Virus record (IMG/VR): IMGVR_UViG_3300011918_000001
Source: a virus
Direction: 5' to 3' (one strand)
Length of the DNA stretch: 40,528 nt
A program made the position numbers and the translations under genes. Under the pieces are notes generated by a model, which was not told the origin of the DNA, ran no database searches, and worked only from the letters and a program-made list of their open reading frames with translations. Shown here one piece after another: positions 1 through 8,691 of this stretch. The first letter of the stretch is position 1. Each line of letters opens with the position of its first letter.

Positions 1-79
1 CACGAGGATAATTTTGAGAAGCATAAATTCCAAGAATAGGCATTAGGCAATATCCCCCACTATCAAGAATGTATTGGAT
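1..79. repeat. Terminal direct repeat copy 1; circular-assembly overlap or short terminal redundancy
   Basis: Bases 1-79 (cacgaggataattttgag...gtattggat) recur exactly at 40450-40528. Confidence 0.95.
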
Positions 80-453
80 GCTGTGCAAATAACAGATGCT
101 GCAGAGTATTGTGCTCTTAATTTAGGAGCAGATGCTGTTGCACCAGTAGAAGTAATGGTTACTCCTACACCTTGAGCAAAAGTCACCTGACCTGCACCAA
201 TTTGAGCAATGTTAATAGCATCATTTGCTGAGTAGACAGATGGTGGAACAGTAATTGTAATTGCAGATGCGTTGCTAGCAGTTACCAGTTTGTTAACGTC
301 ACCAGATACTAGAGTATAAGTAGTTCCAGTCTGGGCGTTAAAACCTGCAATGCCACCACCTGCAGCACCTGTTGCACCAGTAGCTCCAGTAGGTCCTGTC
401 GGACCTGTTGGCCCAGTTGGCCCTTGAACTACACCAATAAGTGATATTGACAT
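43..453 (-). CDS. Tail-fibre-like protein: short collagen-like stalk plus C-terminal tip domain
   Basis: The N-terminus carries [19 protein letters not shown] triplets. The last ~100 aa (FNAQTGTTYTLV...ITSTGAT...LRAQ) is paralogous to the C-terminus of the 779..1591 product. The stop overlaps the start of 39632..40492 across the junction (TAATG). Confidence 0.75.
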   Translation of the reverse strand: MSISLIGVVQGPTGPTGPTGPTGATGATGAAGGGIAGFNAQTGTTYTLVSGDVNKLVTASNASAITITVPPSVYSANDAINIAQIGAGQVTFAQGVGVTITSTGATASAPKLRAQYSAASVICTASNTFLIVGDIA

Positions 454-779
454 TATGCTATCTCCGATCCAAAGGCGCTAAAGGCGCAGTCATTATTTGT
501 TGAACTTACTGTAATTACATCTGCTGCATCTAGGGTTAAACCAGATGTGTAAGCAAATGTAACCTTAGCGTTTAGAATTAAACCATTTACTATGTATTGA
601 TTTGTTGCTATAGAAGCACCATCTTTACGAATTGCTATGCTAATTGTTGAATCAGCAGTACCAGTATTTACTACATTTATAGTAGAGATTACTGCTTGAG
701 TTGCAGAAGGTACTGTATAGAGATCCCCTGATGTGCTTGCTGGGGCTAACTGCCCTAGTACTTTATATGTAGTTGGCAT
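453..779 (-). CDS. Hypothetical virion protein between two fibre genes
   Basis: ORF track. Start and stop codons overlap both neighbours. The product is Thr/Ser/Val-rich and beta-type. Confidence 0.6.
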   Translation of the reverse strand: MPTTYKVLGQLAPASTSGDLYTVPSATQAVISTINVVNTGTADSTISIAIRKDGASIATNQYIVNGLILNAKVTFAYTSGLTLDAADVITVSSTNNDCAFSAFGSEIA

Positions 780-1591
780 TAGGATAGGTCCCCGATCACT
801 GTGAAGTTGTTGCTAGATGTGCAAACGATTGTGCAAGCAGAGTTTTGTGCTCGTAGTATTGGAGCAGCCGATGTAGCACCAGTTGATGTAATAGTTACAC
901 CAGCTCCTGCCACAAAGCTGGTAAGACCAGCACCGATTGACTGCACATTTATTTGCTCACCTGCTGCAAAGATTGATGGTGGAATAGTTACCACTATCGC
1001 ACTGGCATTAGATGTTGTGACCAACTTGCCAGAGTCTGCAGCAACTAGTGTGTATGTTGTGCCAGTCTGTGCGTTAAAGGAAAGATTTACCTTTGGCGCT
1101 GTTAAGGTCTTGTTAGTTAAAGTTTGTGTTGCAGCTAGACCTACCAAGGTATCACTTGTTGTTGCTGGCAATGTCAAGGTATTAGTACCTGCAACAGCGT
1201 TTGCCTGAACAGTTGTAGTACCAGAGGTAGAACCACTAAAGGCTAGGTTAGCAACTGGCGATACTGCTCCTTGAAAGTTTGTTAGATCATAAGATGAAAG
1301 TACGTGCTTAACACTTGCACCTGAGCTATGTGTTACTGCAGATGTACCAGCCTGACCACGTACAATGGTCATTGTATCTGATGACTGGTTAGTGATGAAT
1401 ACGATTTCTTCGTTGATTGTGTCAACATCAATAGCAACTGTGAACACATCCACGTTGCCAGAACCTAGTGTTACTCCACCCATTAAGGCTGAGCCAGTGC
1501 CACTAGCTACAACCATAGATGTTGCACCACTACTTGTTATAGCATTTTGCAGTGTTGTCTCAACGCTAGTAGAGGAATATTTACTGGTCAT
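779..1591 (-). CDS. Tail fibre protein
   Basis: The N-terminal motif EEIVFITNQSSDTMTIVRGQAGTSAVTHSSGASV is typical of phage fibre N-termini. The C-terminal ~100 aa is shared with the 43..453 product. Confidence 0.75.
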   Translation of the reverse strand: MTSKYSSTSVETTLQNAITSSGATSMVVASGTGSALMGGVTLGSGNVDVFTVAIDVDTINEEIVFITNQSSDTMTIVRGQAGTSAVTHSSGASVKHVLSSYDLTNFQGAVSPVANLAFSGSTSGTTTVQANAVAGTNTLTLPATTSDTLVGLAATQTLTNKTLTAPKVNLSFNAQTGTTYTLVAADSGKLVTTSNASAIVVTIPPSIFAAGEQINVQSIGAGLTSFVAGAGVTITSTGATSAAPILRAQNSACTIVCTSSNNFTVIGDLS

Positions 1592-1600
1592 TGGTTTTCC

Positions 1601-2032
1601 TTATCGGGTATAGTGATTGAGATATTCGATTGCTGAACAAAGTACATTGATGTCATCTTTTAGTAGTCCTAGTCCTGTATTGCATTTGTGGCATAAGACA
1701 CCACGCTTTTGTCCTGTTGTGTGATCGTGGTCTGCGTGAAATGCCATAGACCCAGAATCGGATGTTTTGCAAATTGCACATTTGTAATCTTGTTCTTTTA
1801 ATTTATTATCATAATCTTCTTGAGTAAAACCTGATGTCTTAAAACGATTCCATCGTCTTAATCTTTCATTGTTCTTTAATCTTGATTCTTCTGACGGCTT
1901 GTATTTAGACCTACAAACCTTACATTGTGTATGGTGACCGTCAGGTCTGTTTTTGTTTTTTGAAAAATCTTTTAGATACTTTTTTTCTTTACAAGAAGAG
2001 CACTGTTTATTTGGAGATCTTTTATTTGTCAT
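1601..2032 (-). CDS. Endonuclease VII / HNH-superfamily nuclease
   Basis: CAICKTS...FHADHDHTTGQKRGVLCHKCNTGLG matches the recombination endonuclease VII signature, and there is an N-terminal CxxC..CxxC. TAATG overlap with the upstream gene. Confidence 0.8.
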   Translation of the reverse strand: MTNKRSPNKQCSSCKEKKYLKDFSKNKNRPDGHHTQCKVCRSKYKPSEESRLKNNERLRRWNRFKTSGFTQEDYDNKLKEQDYKCAICKTSDSGSMAFHADHDHTTGQKRGVLCHKCNTGLGLLKDDINVLCSAIEYLNHYTR

Positions 2033-2934
2033 TACTTTAGGTAGTGGATTCTTATGGGATACTTGTCTGCCAACTTCAATGCTTCTTCATTAAGTCGCTG
2101 TTGATAGAGGGCAAAGATGTAACGAGATGCAGCAGCTCCAGCCGATGATGGCAACTTGCTATCGTTTAGATCGGCCTCAGCACTAGAGAGATTGATTCGT
2201 CCAGCGTCAAGGTAAGACAGTAGTTTGTATGATGCGCCGAGTACAACAACATCCTTACAAGACTCTGGTAGGCCAGTAACGTCAGCAAAATCATCTGTGT
2301 TTGCGTCAAGAGTGTTCGGCGTGGCGGTATACCAAACTTGAATTGTACGACCAGGTTGTACGTTCTCATAGATGTTAAGTGTATTGTTTGTATTGAAGGT
2401 AGCAGCGTTTGCCATACCGTCTAAGCGCCAGCGATTTACTGGTAGCCATTCTTGGCTAGAGCCTGTTGTCTGCCAAGAGATAAATAGGACACCCTCAACA
2501 TCATCTGGTAGTGGGTATGTAACCTGAGATGCGTTAAAGGTAAATGTGTAAGAGTCTGCAATCCAGAGTTTAGGATAGAAACTGTTAATCGTATCGTTGA
2601 TAGCCTTCTTAATGTTATTACGTGGAAAGGTTGGAGATAGAGTTACCTGTGCATACTGTGCGTGAGGCGAAGCTGAAGTTCCCTGATACCCACGGCCAAA
2701 GCCTGGGATAACATTGAGTGTGTTATTTGCTGGTGTGAAACTATCAATCCATATAAGTTCATCATCAATTTCAATGATGCCTTTAGCAAGGTTACCTCCA
2801 GAACCAACGGTAATCTCAGTGCTAGTGGTGGTCAGACCAGCAGCGTTTGCAACATAAGTGATGCGATCTTGGCGCAGGGCGTAGCCTTGCAGGTTAGCCT
2901 TGACCTCATCTACTAGGTCGTTTAGTGTTGGCAT
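2032..2934 (-). CDS. Virion structural protein (adaptor or fibre-anchor candidate)
   Basis: 300 aa in the structural block. It contains IEIDDELIWI...GFGRGYQGTSASPHAQYAQV, the same RG..GT.A..H motif as the fibre N-terminus. Confidence 0.5.
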   Translation of the reverse strand: MPTLNDLVDEVKANLQGYALRQDRITYVANAAGLTTTSTEITVGSGGNLAKGIIEIDDELIWIDSFTPANNTLNVIPGFGRGYQGTSASPHAQYAQVTLSPTFPRNNIKKAINDTINSFYPKLWIADSYTFTFNASQVTYPLPDDVEGVLFISWQTTGSSQEWLPVNRWRLDGMANAATFNTNNTLNIYENVQPGRTIQVWYTATPNTLDANTDDFADVTGLPESCKDVVVLGASYKLLSYLDAGRINLSSAEADLNDSKLPSSAGAAASRYIFALYQQRLNEEALKLADKYPIRIHYLK

Positions 2935-3995
2935 TATTTCCTCTCATACCAGCCATCTCCCCACAACGTGAGAAGCCTTGCGAAATACTGTTCATACTGT
3001 GGGGCAATAGCATCTAGTGAATACAGCGCTACTGCTCTCTTATGTATTGCTACTGGGTCTAAGTCCTTCACCCACTCTGTAGCTACTGCAAACTCCATTG
3101 CATTTCTGCAACGGTATCCAGTAACACCTTGTGGGTTAGTCTCCGTGAACGCTCCCCAGTCTGTAGTAATCGTTGGAGTTCCGCAGGCTTGTGCCTCGAT
3201 TACAACGTTACCAAAAGGTTCTATGTAGAGCGTTGGTGCAAACAAGGCGATAGCACCGCCCATTAACTTTGCTCGCTCTTCTGGACCAACTGGACCAACC
3301 CATTCGCCATACTCAATCTTTGGGTTTTTACCAGGTCCTGCCATAATTAACTTTAGTCCTAGTTCTTTACACACGTGCTGTGCTATGACTAGTCCTTTGC
3401 GATCTACCATACGCCCAACGTATAGGTAGTAATCTTCTTTTTTCTCTTGCAGCGGAAACATCTCTGGTTCTAAGTAGCCAGGTATAACTGCATCATAGAA
3501 GTTACCATCTACTAGCGTTGGGTTTGTAAACATTGCATAGATGCTGTGCATCCAAGCGTATGATTCAAACACCTTAAACTTGCTAAATACTCCACCATAA
3601 CCCACACCGAACTCTACGCTGATGTGATTAGGGTAGGCATCTGCTATTGGCTTCTGTGATGCTCCACCGATAAGACAGATAAAATCTTTCTGCTCTAGGC
3701 GCTTGCCTAGTTCTTCAATCGCGTTGCCATTAAAGATCTGCCAGTGTGGTAGTTCATTATTAAACTCAGCCTCTGTAAAGTGTTTACCTGCCAGAGCTTC
3801 TTGCTGTTGCTCTTTAGTAATACAAGTGATTAACTCATCTACTGGAGCTTCGTTATCTTCACTAGCATAGAGATAGACCGTATGGCCTAACCCTTTCATC
3901 ATCATACAAAAGCGCCTGACCTTTTCGGTATAAGCGCAGTTGACGTAATCTTTAGTCGTCTGTGTATGCGGTAGGCTAATAACGTGGAATCTCAT
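2934..3995 (-). CDS. Glycosyltransferase, GT-B fold, GT4-like
   Basis: The C-terminal region FAPTLYIEPFGNVVIEAQACGTPTITTD contains the EX7E motif (EPFGNVVIE). 353 aa. Confidence 0.8.
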   Translation of the reverse strand: MRFHVISLPHTQTTKDYVNCAYTEKVRRFCMMMKGLGHTVYLYASEDNEAPVDELITCITKEQQQEALAGKHFTEAEFNNELPHWQIFNGNAIEELGKRLEQKDFICLIGGASQKPIADAYPNHISVEFGVGYGGVFSKFKVFESYAWMHSIYAMFTNPTLVDGNFYDAVIPGYLEPEMFPLQEKKEDYYLYVGRMVDRKGLVIAQHVCKELGLKLIMAGPGKNPKIEYGEWVGPVGPEERAKLMGGAIALFAPTLYIEPFGNVVIEAQACGTPTITTDWGAFTETNPQGVTGYRCRNAMEFAVATEWVKDLDPVAIHKRAVALYSLDAIAPQYEQYFARLLTLWGDGWYERK

Positions 3996-4004
3996 ACGAG
4001 AATC

Positions 4005-4837
<833 letters not shown>

Positions 4838-4841
<4 letters not shown>

Positions 4842-5179
4842 TGGGTTACCGCTCCTGTCACAATAAACTTACCTTCAAGAATACGAGTAACAGTACTTCC
4901 TGAATCTAATACTAAATCATAAGCGTAGCGACCTGCTGCGATAGCACCAGTGGTTGTTGCATCAAGAGTGACGTTAATACGTCCTGTCAATGCAGTAAGA
5001 ACCATACGACCATTAGCAGTGCTTGCTACTACAGTTGTAGTAGAAGCACCAACGAATGGTCGAACAGTCATAGTTCCTGTGTAGCCAGTCAAGTCCCAAG
5101 GAGTTGAGTCATTCTTGATCTGGAATTGGAAATTAAATGTAGTTGCTTGGTCACAAACCAAGTTGTATTTAGCACTCAA
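4838..5179 (-). CDS. Hypothetical virion protein
   Basis: ORF track. Its stop overlaps the downstream collagen-like gene's start by 4 nt (ATGA), and its start overlaps the upstream gene's stop. The sequence is beta-rich. Confidence 0.6.
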
Positions 5180-5460
5180 GATGACACCGCTCTGAGAGCT
5201 TGCGCTGCAGGTAGTTGAAAAGTACCAGCGATGAGGTTACATACGCCGTTGTAATCAAGACGATTATCAGCAGTCGTACCCGCAATCGCATTTAGAACCC
5301 CCACTGTGTCTGTTAAGTTTGTTGTTACTGAGCGTTGAACTGCCCATTGACGGGCAGCTAACGCTTCATCAACCATCTCGCCTGGTGCTCTATAGGTGCC
5401 ACCATTAGCCAAACGGTTAAGTTCATCTAATAACGTTGTGCCGTATTCTCCTAGTGCCAC
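5176..5460 (-). CDS. Hypothetical protein
   Basis: ORF track, co-oriented with the block. Its stop overlaps the downstream gene's start. Confidence 0.55.
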   Translation of the reverse strand: MALGEYGTTLLDELNRLANGGTYRAPGEMVDEALAARQWAVQRSVTTNLTDTVGVLNAIAGTTADNRLDYNGVCNLIAGTFQLPAAQALRAVSS

Positions 5461-5469
5461 CTATATCTC

Positions 5470-5634
5470 CTACTTCTTCTTAGTTCTCTTGACTGCAGCG
5501 TTATCTACTAAATTGGGATATGGTCGTCCCGCTGCCTTGGCTCTTGCCTTTGCCTGCTTCTTTTGCTCTGGCGTTAAAGGCTTTGACTTCTTATTGGGAT
5601 TCTTTGTATCCCAGAATGCTACTTTCTTTTTCAT
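5470..5634 (-). CDS. Lys-rich basic mini-protein (54 aa)
   Basis: Hand-translated as MKKKVAFWDTKNPNKKSKPLTPEQKKQAKARAKAAGRPYPNLVDNAAVKRTKKK. ATGA overlap with the upstream ORF. Below the ORF-track size cutoff. Confidence 0.55.
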   Translation of the reverse strand: MKKKVAFWDTKNPNKKSKPLTPEQKKQAKARAKAAGRPYPNLVDNAAVKRTKKK

Positions 5635-5909
5635 TTGCACTTACAATCCCAAGCACGAAGTGACTTGTTTATTCTTGAGTTCGGATCTCTAGCTGTCTTA
5701 CTAGAAGTGTTCTTTGCCTTCATCCCACACATACGACCACAGAAAGACTTGCGTCGTCCTGCTGCCTTGGGAGACTTGGCAGCCTCAGCCTTTTTGACTG
5801 GAGGCTTGAGGTTCATCCCCTGCGCTTTGGCAGAGGCACGACCCTTTGCGTTTAGGCCACCCTTGGGGTTCTTGCCCTCTGCTCTTTGCCACGCTGGAGA
5901 CTTAGCCAT
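5631..5909 (-). CDS. Basic protein (92 aa) with a Cys motif
   Basis: ORF track: SPAWQRAEGKNPKGGLNAKGRASAKAQG...GRRKSFCGRMCGMK...RAWDCKCK. The plus-strand ORF 5635..5916 is its shadow. Confidence 0.65.
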   Translation of the reverse strand: MAKSPAWQRAEGKNPKGGLNAKGRASAKAQGMNLKPPVKKAEAAKSPKAAGRRKSFCGRMCGMKAKNTSSKTARDPNSRINKSLRAWDCKCK

Positions 5910-5912
5910 TAG

Positions 5913-5978
5913 TTAGCACTTACAGGCTTTGTCCGACTTACCACACTTGCGACACTTACCTGGTTTTCTTACTGGCAT
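5913..5978 (-). CDS. Possible 21-aa Cys/Lys micro-ORF
   Basis: Hand-translated as MPVRKPGKCRKCGKSDKACKC. Sits in the tandem run of mini-ORFs. Very short. Confidence 0.25.
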   Translation of the reverse strand: MPVRKPGKCRKCGKSDKACKC

Positions 5979-6101
5979 TTACTTTGCTGCCTTTCCCATA
6001 GCACCTGTCTGTAGTGATTCGTATGTCTCATACTTCTTAGCACCATCATATTGCTTATCAGGTGTTGGGTACTTTGTAATATCTTCTGAGTAGTTTTCCA
6101 T
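5979..6101 (-). CDS. Possible 40-aa ORF
   Basis: Hand-translated as MENYSEDITKYPTPDKQYDGAKKYETYESLQTGAMGKAAK. TAATG coupling to the upstream mini-ORF. Confidence 0.35.
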   Translation of the reverse strand: MENYSEDITKYPTPDKQYDGAKKYETYESLQTGAMGKAAK

Positions 6102-6232
6102 TACTTCTTCTTCGCTTTCTTCATATCAGAGTTTTTCATCATTGTTCCATCAGGCATCTTGTGCATACCTTTTTTAGCAGCGGCCTTCTTCTTCTTGCCA
6201 CCCATAGTCTTCTTGCCACCATACATATCCAT
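6101..6232 (-). CDS. Lys-rich basic mini-protein (43 aa)
   Basis: Hand-translated as MDMYGGKKTMGGKKKKAAAKKGMHKMPDGTMMKNSDMKKAKKK. Confidence 0.4.
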   Translation of the reverse strand: MDMYGGKKTMGGKKKKAAAKKGMHKMPDGTMMKNSDMKKAKKK

Positions 6233-6234
6233 TA

Positions 6235-6507
6235 TTACTCCTTAAAGGTCATTGAGATCCCATCGAAAGCCTTACCAGCCTCGTTGGAAAGTTGGACTGC
6301 TGCATCTATATCTTTACTCTTTGTTGAGCGTGGCTCTATACCCTGACGTGTTGCATCATAATAAGACTGCAGTTCTTTGTCGTGTTGCTTTGCAGTAGGT
6401 ATACCTTTGTGGTTTGCCACTCCAACACTTAGTTCTAGGTCGCCTACCTTGCAACCAAAGCATCCTTCGACATACTCAGGATGGGTCTTCCTTCTATGTA
6501 AACTCAT
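6235..6507 (-). CDS. Hypothetical protein
   Basis: ORF track. Overlaps the upstream gene by 4 nt. Confidence 0.6.
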   Translation of the reverse strand: MSLHRRKTHPEYVEGCFGCKVGDLELSVGVANHKGIPTAKQHDKELQSYYDATRQGIEPRSTKSKDIDAAVQLSNEAGKAFDGISMTFKE

Positions 6508-6836
6508 ACTATTGGTGTCACATAATCGCCATAGCCAGCATCAATAAGAACTTGTGCTTGACCATCGCTAATCTCATACTCGTGTCCACCAAGGAAGTAG
6601 TAACTAGCTTCTGCTAATTCATCTTGGCTTGGAGTCAATGTTAGTCTGACATTAGTTCCATTAACAATGATTGTCTGTCCACGTGGTACATCTGTGATGC
6701 TTGGAGCAATAGGACCATCAATGGTTCCACCATTAAGACGACGACCTGCAAGGCGTGAATAAGGAGTAAACTCGTTATATCCCGCGCCCCAGGTTTGCCA
6801 CTGGTACGGAGTTGTTAATGTGTATGCCATATCCAA
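6504..6836 (-). CDS. Hypothetical virion protein downstream of the capsid gene
   Basis: ORF track. First gene after the post-capsid hairpin. Confidence 0.6.
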   Translation of the reverse strand: MDMAYTLTTPYQWQTWGAGYNEFTPYSRLAGRRLNGGTIDGPIAPSITDVPRGQTIIVNGTNVRLTLTPSQDELAEASYYFLGGHEYEISDGQAQVLIDAGYGDYVTPIV

Positions 6837-6852
6837 CCTTTCTTAAGTAGCA

Positions 6853-6874
6853 GAGGTGGGTTTGACCCCACCCC
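6853..6874 (-). terminator. Stem-loop just after the major capsid gene (partial terminator or mRNA stabiliser)
   Basis: gaggtggg-tttgac-cccacccc forms an 8-bp GC-rich stem with one G-U pair on the minus strand. There is no strong U-run. Confidence 0.45.
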
Positions 6875-6887
6875 TGCCGAACGGAAA

Positions 6888-8066
6888 TTATCCGTTAGTT
6901 GCTGCTGATTCAATACGAATGAGAGCAGACTCACGAAGGCGATTGAAGCCTCCGAAGTAGTACCAACCGATTGTGCGGAAACGACGGAGTGCGTCAATCT
7001 CTGGACCGATAACGGTTGAGATGTCTGCAGCCTGTGCTTCAGCCAATGCTTCACGACCTGCGATGATCGCACGGTAGTTGTTGGTGAATGTAACAGTACC
7101 TGTATCAGCAACTGATGAGATATTAGATGCTGTAAGTGCATAGGTAAATGTTGTTGATGTAACACCTGTGATGGTGAATGTGCCGTTAACACCTGTGTTA
7201 GTTGTAGCAGCAACTGTTACAATCTGATCTACGCCAAGACCGTGAGCAACTGCTGTAGTAATAGTTACTACGTTAGATGTCAAAGCAACGTTTGTGATTG
7301 CAACTGTAGGTGTGATACCTGCGGCTAGCTTTAGACCGTTTAGGACACGTGGTGTCTCAACGATGAAAGCACCTTCGATAACGCCTACTGCACCAGCAAC
7401 GAACGGTGTACGCTCAACGTACTTTGTTAGCTCCTGGAATCCACCTGTACCAGTTTCAGCGCGAAGATCGGCTGACTGACGTGGGTGTAGGTATGCAGCA
7501 TATAGTTCGCCCATACGAGGCAAAGCCTTGTTTGTGCGTAGTGTTACAACAGCGTTGCGGATATCTGCAACACGAATTGTGTCTACTGATAGAACGCCAG
7601 ATGATGCTGTTGGAGCAGAACCTGATGGGCCTGCTGAGTAGAGTACGTTAGTTCCTGCTGAGAGGACCTGTCCTACTACGTTGTCAATAGAATCTGCTGC
7701 GTTGTAAGCGATGATGTCAGCAAGTGCTGAGTCAACATCGTTGAATGAAGTTAGATTTAACTTCTTTGTTGTTGTAACTGCTGAACCGTATTCGTTCAGT
7801 GTTACTGTAACCGCATTTGGGTTACCTAGTGCAATGCTTGAAACATCTGATGATTCGCTCAATGTAGAAGTAGCTTGTGCCAAATCTGAATAGATTGAGA
7901 AAACAACTGATGATCCTGGCATCGCCTGTTGTACTGGCTTAACATCAGCAAGTGAACGCATAACTGGAATGGAACGAAGTGCCATTCTTACATACTGGTC
8001 GTATGCGGTAGTTACGAGTGCGCTGATGCTAGAGCTAGTGGTTGGGGTACCTGTTGGAATTGCCAT
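6888..8066 (-). CDS. Major capsid protein (HK97 fold, N4-gp56-like by eye) with an internal inserted domain
   Basis: 392 aa, immediately after the scaffold-like gene. The N-terminal region AYDQYVRMALRSIPVMRSLADVKPVQQ and the C-terminal IGWYYFGGF are typical of this capsid family. Confidence 0.85.
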   Translation of the reverse strand: MAIPTGTPTTSSSISALVTTAYDQYVRMALRSIPVMRSLADVKPVQQAMPGSSVVFSIYSDLAQATSTLSESSDVSSIALGNPNAVTVTLNEYGSAVTTTKKLNLTSFNDVDSALADIIAYNAADSIDNVVGQVLSAGTNVLYSAGPSGSAPTASSGVLSVDTIRVADIRNAVVTLRTNKALPRMGELYAAYLHPRQSADLRAETGTGGFQELTKYVERTPFVAGAVGVIEGAFIVETPRVLNGLKLAAGITPTVAITNVALTSNVVTITTAVAHGLGVDQIVTVAATTNTGVNGTFTITGVTSTTFTYALTASNISSVADTGTVTFTNNYRAIIAGREALAEAQAADISTVIGPEIDALRRFRTIGWYYFGGFNRLRESALIRIESAATNG

Positions 8067-8097
8067 TAGGGTCTAGCCTTTCTTGTTTAGGATCGGA

Positions 8098-8565
8098 TTA
8101 GAGTCCAGACAACCTAATAACTTCATCCAGTTCTTCTTTGCTGTTAGCGTTCATTAGTTTTTGCATAATGTCTCCATTGTGCTCTGGCGAAGCGCCAGAG
8201 TCTGCGGAGTTTGTCATACGCTTGTATGCTGCAGCATCGTTTGGATTTATGTTAGGTGTTGCCTGGGTTTGGCCTACTTCAATACCGAATACATCGGCAT
8301 AGTCTTCAAGCCATTTAGATACAGACTCTTCAGTTGGGTCTATATCCTGTGGGATAAATGAAGCAATTTTGCTGTTTACCCCGCGACTTGCGAGGGCATC
8401 CTTTATTGCTCTTTCGCGTTGGGCCTTGTTAAGTCCATCGAACTGAGCACGAAGCTCTTGTAGTTCTTTGTCCTTCTGCTTAGACGCTTTGCGTAGTTGC
8501 TTTACTAGATCGTTTGATGAGTCATCATTGAAGTCGTCATCATCCTCGTAGTCGTAATTGGACAT
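8098..8565 (-). CDS. Scaffolding protein
   Basis: 155 aa with an acidic N-terminus (YDYEDDDDFNDD) and charged helical segments, directly upstream of the capsid gene. Confidence 0.6.
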   Translation of the reverse strand: MSNYDYEDDDDFNDDSSNDLVKQLRKASKQKDKELQELRAQFDGLNKAQRERAIKDALASRGVNSKIASFIPQDIDPTEESVSKWLEDYADVFGIEVGQTQATPNINPNDAAAYKRMTNSADSGASPEHNGDIMQKLMNANSKEELDEVIRLSGL

Positions 8566-8691
8566 AGTGGTCCTTCTCCCTATTAGTTGTTGGCGCAGGC
8601 CTCACATATCCTTGGGGTGGGTTATGTGGCTCCTACTACTGGTCTTGTTGTCGCTCCACTAGGCCAGTCGTTCTAGTGGCAGGCTTTTTAT

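Noticed and set aside
801-1613. Plus-strand ORFs 801..1208 and 1365..1613, antisense to the fibre gene.
   Set aside because: They are antisense to a gene with a recognisable fibre motif and lie in a block where every gene is on the minus strand. The products are Val/Ala-rich shadow sequence.
6815-7213. 132-aa alternative-frame ORF overlapping the capsid gene. The small plus-strand ORFs 7294..7479, 7406..7651 and 7711..7893 fall in the same category.
   Set aside because: The capsid frame is unambiguous. These ORFs have Gln/His/Leu-rich nonsense-like composition and no SD.
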